This document shows positions 13,801 to 25,600 of a DNA stretch of 39,982 bases, piece after piece. Every line of letters starts with the position of its first letter. Positions within the stretch are counted from its first letter, which is position 1. The stretch lies in the NCBI GenBank assembly GCA_001642005.1, contig LWCA01000208.1:1-39982 (forward strand), read 5' to 3'. The translations under genes were made by a program, and so were the position numbers. The notes below the pieces were generated by a model. It was not told where the DNA came from. It did no database searches and worked only from the letters and a program-made list of their open reading frames with translations. This DNA comes from Intoshia linei. Lineage: Eukaryota; Animalia; Orthonectida.

Positions 13801-15536
13801 ATAACACAGAAATTCATTTTTATATAGGTAAAGATATATATCTTACCTACATTACTAACACGACAACACTAAAACTAGCATAACGCTATTCACAAAATCT
13901 AATTATGAAACGACATAAAAACTAAAAATATTTACATGCATTTTTTCATTAACTTTTAATAATGAAAATGCCATCAAAAGATAAACGGTATGTTGGTTAT
14001 CAAGGGTTTAAATTAAACAAATTTACACACAATAAATTGAAAAACCTTTTGTAAAGAAAGTATCTTGCAAATCCCTAGAGGGGTGTTTTTGGGGTTGAAA
14101 TAAAGCATCAAAATTCCAAAAACTGCTTTCCACAAATTGATTCGTCGGCATTTCAGAAAATCTAAATTAAAAGATTCATACAAGTACATTTGGTTACAAA
14201 TTTATAATACATGTTACACCACACGTTGCCATATTTAAGCACATTGGATGAAATTTTAAAGAAATAAAATCTACAAAAGATTTTCTCAAACTAAGAGTCG
14301 CAATTAGCAGGTTTAAGATTTGTTTAATTAAGTTAAAGACAAGCAAAGTAAATAATTTAATTTTAGAATTTTTAATTTATAGATAAGAAAATAATAATGT
14401 TATTAAAAAAATCTAATAATTATTTGCTTTCATAGACAAAGATCCTGGCTAAACACTGATTATCAAGATGGCGGTTTTAAAATATGTTCTTCTCTAGGAT
14501 ACGACCATATCAGAAATGTATGGACCTAATCAATATTACCCCATTCGTAGAAAGAGACTTCTATAATGTTGTCTCATTTTCATGAGAGGATGTAAATTTC
14601 CTCCAACGTGTTTTAATCCCTCTGCTGCAAAATTATATTCTTTAAATTTATAATTTGACCAATCTTGTGCATTAATCATGTCCATCGTTAGATCTTTTGA
14701 CAGATTCTCTATATTTACAGCAAAGTTGGTATCTGGTGATACCAGAAAAATGGTAATGTCTCTAAATCATACAATTAGTAAATCATAAAAAAATAAAAAA
14801 TGTAAATTTTTTATTGAATGAATGATTGAAAATTCGCTATATTTTGTAAGACTAATTGTTATTTTTTAATGCATGGCATTAATCCATTAAATTAAAATTT
14901 TCGAAAAATACTTTTTAGAAACGAGTTTTCTTTTTATCAAAATGGTCAATATTTTTGGTTGAATTTCATCAATTTTATCAGAATTTATAATATTTAAATG
15001 TGTAATAACATGATCGTTAATTTGAGACACCTAAAATATTAATAAAAGACTTAATCAAAGTATACAATTTTTTTGACATATGTCTGATTTTCAATTTTTT
15101 CCAATTTAATCCACCCATTTGAAAGAGCCCATTTTAACCCAATACCGCTATTATTTGAAGTTTTCTATAAAAACATAAACTTCAACAAAAAAAATAAAAC
15201 ATTACCAATTTATCTAGTAAAATGCCATCATTAGGTACAGAATTAAAAAGGGTAAATTCATAAGATCCATTTTTCAACATTTTACAACCTTCTGCCGTCA
15301 GTTTGTAATCAGATTTTTTAGTTTTTTTCATTTTTATAAACTAATTTAAAATACTAATAATTATCTGTTTAGAAAAAATATAAATTTACGTCAGGCCTAG
15401 AAGACAAACTCGTCAAAATCCCAACAATTTGGTCATGAGAAATTCTTAGACTTTGGCACATATCAAATGATGAAATACTTGAATCTTGCTTCAAAATATT
15501 TATCATTTCGACAATTTTCTTTGAATATTCCGTCAT
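10840..15536 (-). CDS. FARSA: Cytosolic phenylalanine--tRNA ligase alpha subunit (493 aa, 10 exons)
   Basis: Exons 15536-15390, 15340-15206, 15164-15066, 15030-14912, 14761-14540, 14161-14046, 12552-12468, 11663-11564, 11338-10977 and 10936-10840 (1482 nt, in frame). Motifs: [100 protein letters not shown] and [14 protein letters not shown]. Confidence 0.98.
12571..13718 (+). mobile_element. Helitron-like element in a FARSA intron
   Basis: A|TCCTTACTTTATAATATGC start, colinear with 745-1214 and 4147-4820. Confidence 0.75.
13083..13222. mobile_element. Putative solo LTR (140 bp) nested in a Helitron copy
   Basis: Absent from sister copies (4345: gattattctgatagagct). It has TG...CA ends, terminal inverted repeats TGTAATGAT/ATCACTACA (8 of 9 match) and a 5-bp target-site duplication CTGAT (13078-13082 and 13223-13227). 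Confidence 0.8.
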
Positions 15537-15894
15537 ATTGAATTATCTAAACAAAAATATAAACTAAGATAAAATTATTTCAAGTACAATTGTACTGTAG
15601 TTTGATATTTTATTTATTTATCAATAAATAACAATTTTTTACATTTAAAATATTATTACCTCAATTATTTAATTCAGACAAAATGAGAAAGTTTGAAAAT
15701 AAATTAACAAAGTAAATTATAATAAATTTGTCAAGTTAGAAAATCGGAATAAGATTATACAATTGTATTAGAATTATAAATTTCAACACAATAAAGTGTG
15801 CAATAAATAAAGTTTAAATTATAATATCGTTCTCATTAACGTGAATTTTACATTAAAATTTTGAACCAAACCTATAATCTTGTATTAAATTATC
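15537..15894. promoter_or_regulatory. Probable bidirectional promoter between FARSA and RPL12
   Basis: 358 bp separate the two divergent ATGs. A perfect 14-bp palindrome, AGTACAATTGTACT, lies at 15583-15596. Confidence 0.6.
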
Positions 15895-16608
15895 ATGGGA
15901 CCTAAATTTGATCCAACTGTAGCTAAAAGCGGTATTATTAATATATTTACAATTTTTTTTTACCAATTTAAATTTTTTTATTGCAAATTTTACAATTCAA
16001 AATAATTTTCAAAATATTTATTTTTTTATTTTATTATGAATTGGTAATATTTTAAGTATTTTGATTTTAACATTTCCTGTTATTGAATTTTATTCTTTAG
16101 TAAGATTTATGGTGACTGGAGGTGAATCTAGTACCGTTCCAATGCAAAAATTGGGACCGCTTGGTGTTCCACCAAAAAAGGTTGTTGAGGATATTGTCAA
16201 AACCACTAAAGGATGGCAAGGTATACGAATCGTTGTCAAAGTTACTGTTTTGAATCGAGTTGCTAGTGTAGAAATTTTGCCAACATCTTCAGCCCTTATA
16301 TTAAAAGCATTATCTGGACCAGTTCGAGATAGAAAAGCCAAAAAGAACATGGAACGTAAATATTTTCTATTTTTGTTATTTATTTTATCATTATAGAAAA
16401 ACATAACGAAAACATTTCATTTGCTACTATATTGGATATTTCCAGACAAATGAGACATAAAACCAAATCTAATAATTTTGAAGGAACTGTTAAACAGATT
16501 TTGGGAACAGCGAGGATAATTGGAGCTCGAGTAGACAATGTAAGCCCTCAAGAGATTATTGAACGCATTAGAAATAAGGAAGAAGCATACATTGTCTTGG
16601 ATGAATAA
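15895..16608 (+). CDS. RPL12: 60S ribosomal protein L12 (uL11), divergent (167 aa, 3 exons)
   Basis: Exons 15895-15931, 16101-16355 and 16397-16608. The product MGPKFDP...TGGE...KLGPLGVPPKKV.EDI.K.T..W.GIRI.VK...NR.A.VE..P..SALI.KAL..P.RDRK..KN...RQMRH......GTVKQILGTA aligns along the full length of eukaryotic RPL12. Confidence 0.95.
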
Positions 16609-16994
16609 TGTAAAAATTAAAAATATTCATAGTTTAATTTTTTATTATTTTGGTTATTAAAAAGGTGTAATTACACCTTCATTTGTGTTATATTGTGTCC
16701 AGTAATCATTATTAATATATCATTATTTAACGTTATTGTGACTAGTGGATATCCATTTTAAATTTAATTGAAAATTTCAATCAAAAATATAATCAGTTGA
16801 TTAATGAACATTAATTATGAAATGTAAAGTTTATTTTTAGAAAAGTGGACCATGAAATGCTAAAGGTTGTGAACCCTTTATCTAGATTCTAAATTTATAT
16901 TTTGTTTAATCAAAAATATTAGTTTTTAAGAACTGTCAAATAAACAATGGTATTACTAGCATTCCTGGTAAAAATTTTATTACATGCGAAATTA

Positions 16995-17280
16995 AAAATT
17001 ACTTTTTTTTTTAAAATGAAAACAGCCCTAAAATTTTAAAAATAATTATAGACGGTAAAGTTGTATCCTGTTAACACAAAAAAACATTCAATCTAAATAA
17101 GTGACGCCTTCACGGTCAAAAAAGCAGTATGGTATTAATTTTTTTATTTCGTAACTATTTTATTAAAACAAAAAATTTGTAATAAATTATTATTACTAAT
17201 AATTAACCATCTTACAAATGAAAAAAAAAATTCTAATACAAATATAATGCAAAATTTTAACCTTAGAAATTTATGTATTT
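16995..17280 (+). mobile_element. Helitron-like internal fragment
   Basis: Contains the family core AAAACAGCCCTA...GTATCCTGTTAACAC...GTGACGCCTTCACGGTCAAAAAAGCA. Confidence 0.7.
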
Positions 17281-17759
17281 ATTTTTACAAATTTCTATTA
17301 TTATTATAATGTTGCTAAAATGCTTTCGAAATATGTTTTTAAAGTGCTGATTCTTTTGATTATTGATACAAAAATGACGCAGATCTGCATATATAACATA
17401 ATAATTAAAAAGAAAATACCGGTATATAGACAATTTTATTTTTTTTTGAATTTAAGCTATTTATGTATATTTTTAAAATTTACCATTTCAAAAATCCCAC
17501 CACTAATAAATTTTAATCAAAAATACCATTTCAAGCACTCATGTAAAAATTGACTTACACCAATATTCTTTTCAAAAATTCGATTTTACGAAATCTTATG
17601 AAAAAAATCCACTCCATCAAACCACAAATAAAAAATTTAATTTTCCAGCCCTTAATTGAAAAAATATCCTTATGCCAATACTTTTTTTAAAAACCTCTTA
17701 TTCCAACCACAAATTAGTAACGCTTGACGGAATTATCTTCTTTTTCCAATATTATTTTG

Positions 17760-17945
17760 AATATTATGAGTTGTTACGAACTAGAACGCTATCATCAAGA
17801 TTGTTAAAATTAAAGGAAACCCTTATAACCGTTCAATCTACGTCAACACCAAATGAAAGAAATTTCTCAACTGCTTCTAATTTTGTTACCAAACGTAGAA
17901 CGCGTTTAAAAGACAAATCTATCAATATGTGTTTTTGAAACACTT
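17760..17945 (+). pseudogene. hAT transposase C-terminal dimerization-domain remnant
   Basis: ORF 17672 encodes TLITVQSTSTPNERNFSTASNFVTKRRTRLKDKSINMCF, which matches the hATC pattern L-x-x-P/x-x-S-x-x-x-E-R-x-F-S...KRRxRL. No upstream catalytic region is present. Confidence 0.8.
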
Positions 17946-18224
17946 TTTCAACAATCTAAAATAAATAAATTTTTTTCTAATTAAATTTGTAAACTTCAAT
18001 CTAGTAATCAAATAAAATTCAAAATATGCATTTTATTTTACCAGTAACTTGTCCTGGATGTGGAATCATCGTGAATCGAGATCCTTTATGGTTTTGGATA
18101 TCTGAATTAAGGTATTGCTCTTTGTTGTGCTATTTACGAAATTCTACAAACCAGAAAAAATGAAAATAAAAATGTTTACTAATATTAAAATAAATATTTC
18201 ACATTATTTACGTGATTTTTATTA

Positions 18225-18802
18225 CTACGTACAAACAACACCTAGCTCTGCCGAGGGCACATTTTTATTATATCAAAAATTTAACTTAAAAATCCCACTA
18301 TTTACTATTATCAATCATTTATAGGAGTGGTTTCCAAATTTGTTTCTGGTGGAACCATCATATCACATTACTTTTTATTTTAAAATGAATTATTTTATCT
18401 TAATTTTTTTTGTTAACATTTGCGTAAAGAATTTTAAAAACAATTGCTATTCCATTTTTTTAATTTATTAGACAGAATGTGTGTATAATATTAAAAATAA
18501 AGTATAAACAGTCCAATCCTAAAAATTGTCATAAATAGCATAAATTCCAAAAAAATAAAATTAAGACAATCCTAAAAATTGTCATAAATAGCATAAATCC
18601 CAGAAAAAATAAAATTATAAAAATCTATTTTGTCATTTCCAATGTGATGATATATATTCAGTACCAATTTAATAAATACTTAAAAATACCAATTGTGTAT
18701 CAATAATTAATAGAATCTTCACTTTATAAACATATTTCAGGCGAATTTTACGAATAAACGACAACACATACAGACAAACAAAGCATATTATATAAATAAG
18801 GA
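18225..18802 (-). mobile_element. Internally deleted Helitron-like element with both termini (about 580 bp)
   Basis: 5' end TCCTTATTTATATAATATGC at 18802. The 3' hairpin and the ...TTTGTACGTAG end at 18225 match 5350-5390. Confidence 0.75.
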
Positions 18803-19853
18803 CATGCAGCAGTTGAAAAATATAAAAATGCTAACAAATTTCAAATGTTTTTAACACGCATAGTGTTAATGATTTTCGAAAATAAAACATTAATTTTTAC
18901 ACATTTATAACATAATATATATCAATAACATATGTATAAGGCAACTCCAAAACACGATGGTAGAAACTCATGTTTTTCACATTATTTAAGGATGGGTTTA
19001 GATACCTAAGTTTTTGTAAATTCAAGTTTCAATAAACTATATTGGTTGTATACACTAAGTCTTAGTTTTAAAGTATACATTATGTATTTTAGTTTTCGTA
19101 TTTAATTTTATTTATTAGAAAATTTTGTTTGTATTAAAGTTCAATCGTTAACTAAATTGATTCAGTTTCATTATATTCGATATCAAAGAATTCAAAGTAT
19201 GATTCTATTTTACCTTTTCAAATCATTTTACTTATTAGATTATTACTTATTATTACCCATATTACAGTACATGTACTGTATTTATTTTAATATTACCCAC
19301 TTTATTTTTTAAACATTTTGGAATAAGACATAAAAATTTTTAACAATTTAATAATCATTATGAATACAAAATATACTATTTTTTAGATCAAATTTCGCTA
19401 TTACCCATGAAAAATATCAATTAATTAAATGTTAATTGAATTGCATAATTAAATACCTTGAGATTATGAAATATATCATTCTGTTCCAAATTTAATATAA
19501 TATATTATATGATAGCCATATTTTATAAGTAAAATGTTGTCTCATTATAATCTGACGAAATAATGTCTTGCCAACTTATGTATGACAACAAATTTTTTCT
19601 ATTGGTCCATGTTGTTAATATATATTTTTATTATTTAAATTTAGCCTAGATTTCTTTATTTTGAGTTTTAGTCGTGATGAAATTCTTACAAATATTACAA
19701 AAATACGATATTTTTCATCATAATTAACCTCCATAAAAACCATAAAAATTGAGTTTTGGTATAATTCAAAATATTGGCTTACATAGCTAAACATGAGGAT
19801 CAACACAATCTGCATTTTTCATTGCTAAGCAATTTTTAAATCTCAAATTTTCA

Positions 19854-21062
19854 TCCTAACTTATATAAAAGGCTACGCGATTTTTGTTTGTGTGTTCCAC
19901 TTTATTGAAATAACTATTAGTTGAAAATTTTTTAAAGACCACATTTCAATTATAATTTTTTCCGGGACGTTTAATAAGATAAATTCCAACCTCCCAATTT
20001 CACATCTTACTGGTCAAAAACCCGAGTTGTCCCTCTTTTTGAAAATCTAACGAGTTAGAGAATTTAAAAAAATATATACGCTGATGCGGATTTTAAAATC
20101 ATGAACATTATCATGAATTTAAATTTAAAAAAAATATATCTTCAGTGCCAAAACCCCAAATTCCCCTTCCTTTTGTTTTTCGAAAACAGCCCTAGAATTT
20201 CAAAAAATTTCCATCCGAATAAGTGACGATTCACGGTCAAAAAAGCATTTTAGTATTTATATATTTTTTTCCGAAATATTTTATTAAAACAAAAAATGTG
20301 AAATAATTAACAGTCCGAAAATTAAAAAAAAGTTTATTCTGATGGAGCTTATTCCAGTTGATATAAATACAAAATTTCAACCTCAGAAATCTACGTATTC
20401 CCGGTGAAAAATAATTTTTAATATATTATCAAACAATATTTTTCTACTATTTCGATTAAAATCAAAAATTAAAATTGTAAATATTGATCCTACAATTTCA
20501 AAAACAATGTGGATTGTACGTCTACACATTTCCAGTCAAGACATATGGGTAAAAATCTATATAATTATTCCTTCGGAGTTTTTTTCATTGCTATGCAAGT
20601 TTTAAATTTCAAATTTTCATTTTCCAAACATTTTGAACCACATTTAAATTAAACTGACTTAAAACTGAATATATATCATCACATTGGAAATGACAAAATA
20701 GATTTTTTTTAATTTTATTTTTTCTGGAATTTATGCTATTTATGACAATTTTTAGGATTGGACGTTTTTACTTTACTTTTAATATTATACACACATTTTG
20801 TCTAATAAAATTGGACTGTTTTTACTTTATTTTTAATATTATACACACATTCTGTCTAATAAAATTAAAAATGAGATAGCAATTGTTTTTAAAAGTCTTT
20901 ACGCAAATGTTAACAAAAAGAATTAAGATGGAATAATTCACTTTAAAGTAAAAAGTAATGTGATATGTTGGTTCTACCTGAAATAAATTTGAAAACCACT
21001 CCTTTGAAGGATTGATAATAGTGAATAGTGGGATTTTTAAGTTAGATTTTTATCATGAATCT
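19854..21062 (+). mobile_element. Helitron-like element (about 1.2 kb)
   Basis: A|TCCTAACTTATATAAAAGGC start, colinear with the other copies through the tandem-repeat region. Confidence 0.75.
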
Positions 21063-21286
21063 TTGGTAGCAATATTTTTTTGGAGGATTTTTTTTTGAAG
21101 AGGGCTCGGATACAGTAAATTTGATACTGATTATATTTAGATTACATTTTAAACAATTTTCTGGTGCCAGCTAATGAACCTTTTGTTTATATGAGTTATT
21201 TTTACAAAAGGAAAAATACATCAGGAAGATATTTATGAAATGTATAAAACCATTAAAATAATATTAAATATTTATTTTACACATTT

Positions 21287-21487
21287 TCATTTTTGTTTTT
21301 TTTTTAAATTTTGAAATTTGTATATAGCAACACCGATAGCAGTAGCTACAAGGACAACTCCAACACCTGAAACTGTACAGGGTATACCTATAGAAATAGC
21401 AAGTCCAGTAATAAAAGCCAACCCTAGTACTCCGTTTGTAAACAATCCAATAAGTAAAATGATTTGAAAATCTACAATAGAATGCAT
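21287..21487 (-). CDS. Small hydrophobic glycine-rich membrane protein of unknown function (66 aa)
   Basis: ATG-initiated ORF that is more GC-rich than its flanks, with a hydrophobic Gly-rich stretch of about 48 aa and a basic tail (KFQNLKKKQK). An AATAAA on the minus strand lies just downstream (tttatt near 21271). Confidence 0.5.
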   Translation of the reverse strand: MHSIVDFQIILLIGLFTNGVLGLAFITGLAISIGIPCTVSGVGVVLVATAIGVAIYKFQNLKKKQK

Positions 21488-22603
21488 ATTTTGAATTTTT
21501 TTAACTTGATTTCCAAAATAATTAAACTAAATTAATAAATTAATTAACGATTGAACAAGTCAATTGATAGTTAATACAAACAAAATTTTCTAATAAATAA
21601 AATTAAATGCGAAAACGAAACTACATAACGTATAAATTAAAACTATAACTTTTAGTGTACACCATCAATGTAGATCATTTAAACGAGAATTTACAAAAAA
21701 CTTGAGATAAATTCAAAAATAATAATGTATAAATAAACGCAAAATAATGTAAAAAACATTAATTTCTTTGAATCATATTTTTGAGTTGCCTTATGAAGTT
21801 ATAGTTTAGTTTAGTAAAAATTATAAAAGTTTTAAAATTTTATACGACATAAATTAGTAGAAAAGTGCACTTTTAATATAAAAAATTGTTCACACCGCTA
21901 AGGGACATACATATATTTAATACGCAACCTTCAATCAGACTATCAAATAGACGTAAATACATAAAAAACTAAGTATTATATTACAAATTAATTTTTATTT
22001 TCAATTGTTTTTGGGAATTTAAAAAATATCTATTATTTATGAGTCATAGTATTGGTCCGATATTATTAAAATTTTTATAATAGACGTTGAAATTATTAAA
22101 ATATACCATTAAATCACACAGGGAAAAGTCGACATTTACCGTTATTTTTTTGAAAAATCAGATTTTACGAAATATTCAGCAACAACTTCTTAATCCAAAA
22201 TAAAAAATCAATTTTAGCAACCTAAATTAAGGGGTATCCCCTTTTAGTAATTATGTGAAAAACATGAGTTTCTTGGATTCATATTGTTTTAAAAAGAAAG
22301 ACTAAAAAATGTAGAAATATTTTATTGTAAATTTAAATTGTGATCAATGAGACCAACCGTAACGAGCTTAGTTTGCCATCTACAGAGTAGATGTAATTGG
22401 TTTTTGAGAAAATAAAAATAAAAATAAAAACATAATAAAAAAAATCTTGAATTGATTTTGTAAATAACATTGACATTTAAACAATAAAATTTTGGCAAGT
22501 TAAAAATAACTAACAAAAGAAGTGAACATACATAGCGGTAGATGGTGATGTAAGATGGCAACACTAAAATAGTTGAAATTGTCTACATACTTTAATTTGA
22601 AAA

Positions 22604-25600
22604 ATGGTAAACTTGTTAAGGTATTTGCGAACCAAAAAGTATAACTTTGAAAAAAGTAATAAAAACATGATTAAAATAATATTCTCAAATGATACAATTA
22701 TTCAATATTTCATGAGTGAAAAGACACGCCTAGCAGACATACTAGAATATATAACGTGGAAAACGAATATAAGTGATGTACGTTACTTTGGATTGCAATA
22801 TGTTGATAAAAAGAATCGTTTACAGTGGATAACTGGAAATAAAACTTTAAAACTTGAAATGGTTGAAGCGATTGAAATGAAATTACATTTCAAGGTACTA
22901 CATTTAACAAAAAATCAGTTTGACGACATGGATTTGACAAGTTTACATTTTATATTTATGCAACTGTACAAGCAATTTACACAAGGAGAATTTATAATTG
23001 ATTCTCACAAGGCGATATATTTATTAGGTTGTTTGATACGTTACAAATTGAATCAAGAAGCTTTAGTAGATGGACTAAAGATTTGCCAGGTCGAAGAATT
23101 GAATATATTTCCAATTGAATTTACCAAAGATAAATTTCTAAAAAATCAAATTTTTAAAGAATCTATAAAAATAGCACTGCATTTAAAATCCTATAGTCTA
23201 AATCAGGTAAAGCTAAAATTTTTAAAATTTTGTCAGTCATTAAAAGGGTACGGCTGCACATATTTTGCAGCCAATTTAATTGATCAACATGAAATTTACA
23301 ATGTAATAATTAGCGCTTCATCCATGCAATTATCGTATAAATACGTCAATAACAATGAATCTGTCAATGTAAATTGGAAATATGTTTCAGGAATGCATTG
23401 GTACCGTAAAAATATTAAATTAATTAGAAATTGTCATTCAAATATTGTTTTTAAATTCAAGCATCACTATACCTGCAAATATACTTTTAATTTGCTGGGA
23501 ATGTTTAAAAGTTTCAACACAAATTTGGTTAAATTCGACATACCGTTACTTAATACAGGTATTTCCAAAACTAACGGTTTAATTAAAAAGATTAATGCCA
23601 GTACAAACACTGATAATCTCACAAACACGTTTCCTTCGATATTGAGCATCAAAGAAGCATGGAAAACACCGTCATACACTTCTCCAAAAACTTTAAATTC
23701 TTCACCCGTCAATTTAACAAATTCAGTTTTATCGTCCCATTCAAGTTTTACTTTTAACGATGAATTTGAAAAAGATTACAGCAATTCTAAATACAATCCA
23801 AAAATCATTACCACTGTTCCACGTTATTTTAACAAACAATCTACTACTCATTTACTGAATAATTCCGTCAATGAAACTATTAAACAAATTGACTTTTTGC
23901 CTAAAATGAAACGTGTCAATTCAAAGAGTATGCCATCTTTAAATATGGAACTCGTTAACCAAGATGAGAGTGGTCACGTGTTACATGATTCAAATTTCGA
24001 AATATCAAAATCCACACCAGATTTAAACAGTGAAAATAAAATTTCAAACAAGAGTGACTATTCAACATGTTGTATAACTTATGAATCTTTGGTTAATCAG
24101 ACTAAAAAAAAATATATAGCAATCGATAATGATATCAATGTCAATTCAAATGAAAAGTTAATCTATAAGAACAATTTTCAAGTTTCGAAAAATGAAAATT
24201 GTTCAGCAGATAATTCAAATTATTTAATAGATAAATCTAAAAATTATTATTATACATCAAATAAAAATTTACAACTTCAAAATGCAAAATCGTGTATGGA
24301 CCAAATTAATAATATTAAACAAGAAGATTGTATTAATGATTTTGAAAATGATTATTTATCTATTTATCATAAGGAATCTGATTTTAAATTGTATAAGGAT
24401 GTTTTCAATGGCAAATGTCGTAATACGAGGCGTATTACTACTGATAACTTAGGTTATTCTAAGGTATTTGTTCAAAAAGGAACTATTGATGAATGTATAC
24501 AGTTTAATCAATTTCTCAAAATAAAGGCCAAATCTTTAACAGATTTTTATAAACCTTCATCTATTGATTTACAAATTATTAATAATAGCGGACAAGAGCG
24601 TAAACGAAGAGACGGAAAGGTTATTTTTTTCAAATTTTTAAACATTTTTTTAATTTAAAATTAGATATCTCTACTCCGTTTAACCAATAGTGAGGAAAAA
24701 CTAGTTGTTTCTTTTAAATCTATACCAATTAATGTATTCAATATGCCAACTAAGGTTAATATTTTATTTTAACACTAGGTAATAGATTATTAATTGGAAT
24801 AAATATATGTTATCAGAGGTTAAACAAAAATTTTGCCGACACGGTAAAAATCGGAGAATAACGGCTCGTGCAGGGCTTAGAATCTACATTGTTTGTCAAA
24901 AGTTGTTATTCACAACGGCGTTTATTACAATTATGTTTTATATTAATATTGTTTGTTATTTGTTTGGTGTGGTCAATGTGATGATATATATTCAGTTCTA
25001 ATTTAATAAATACTTAAAAATACCAATTATTTATCAATAATTAAGCGAATTTTCACATTATAAACATATTTCAGTCGAATTTTACCAATATTGCAAAGAA
25101 TTGTAATAAATATACAAATGATATTAACAAAGTTGTATGGCTTTTAGTTTTGTTGTAGTTTCTATTTAAATTTTATTTAAAATGTTTTGAAAATGAGAAT
25201 TTGAAATTTAAAAATTGCGTAGCAATAAAAAAAATTTCAAAGGAATGAATTATATAGAATTTCACCCATATTTCTTTATTGGAAATATGTAGACGTTCAA
25301 TGCAAAATTATTTTAAAATTGTAGGATCAATATTTACATTTTCAATTTTTATTTTAATCGAATTTATTTGAAAAATATTGGTTGAATATATTAAAAGTAT
25401 TTTTCATCGGGAATGCGTAGATTCCTCGGGTTACTTTTGCATTTATATCACTTGGAATAAGCTATATTAGAATTATTTATTTTTTTTAATTTTCGAATCT
25501 TAATTATTTCACATTTTTTGTTTTAATAAAATATTTAGGAAAAAATATATATGAATAGTAAAATGCTTTTTTGACTGTGAAGTCATAGCTTATTCGGATT

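Noticed and set aside
14420-14535. Possible intronic H/ACA snoRNA or YY1 site (AAGATGGCGG) in a FARSA intron
   Set aside because: No convincing second hairpin or ACA box, and a single motif is not enough evidence.
18045-18111. TnpB/Fanzor zinc finger plus RuvC-III (CPGCG...NRD)
   Set aside because: It lacks the following xNAA motif and any RuvC-I/II region. It is kept only as an orphan exon.
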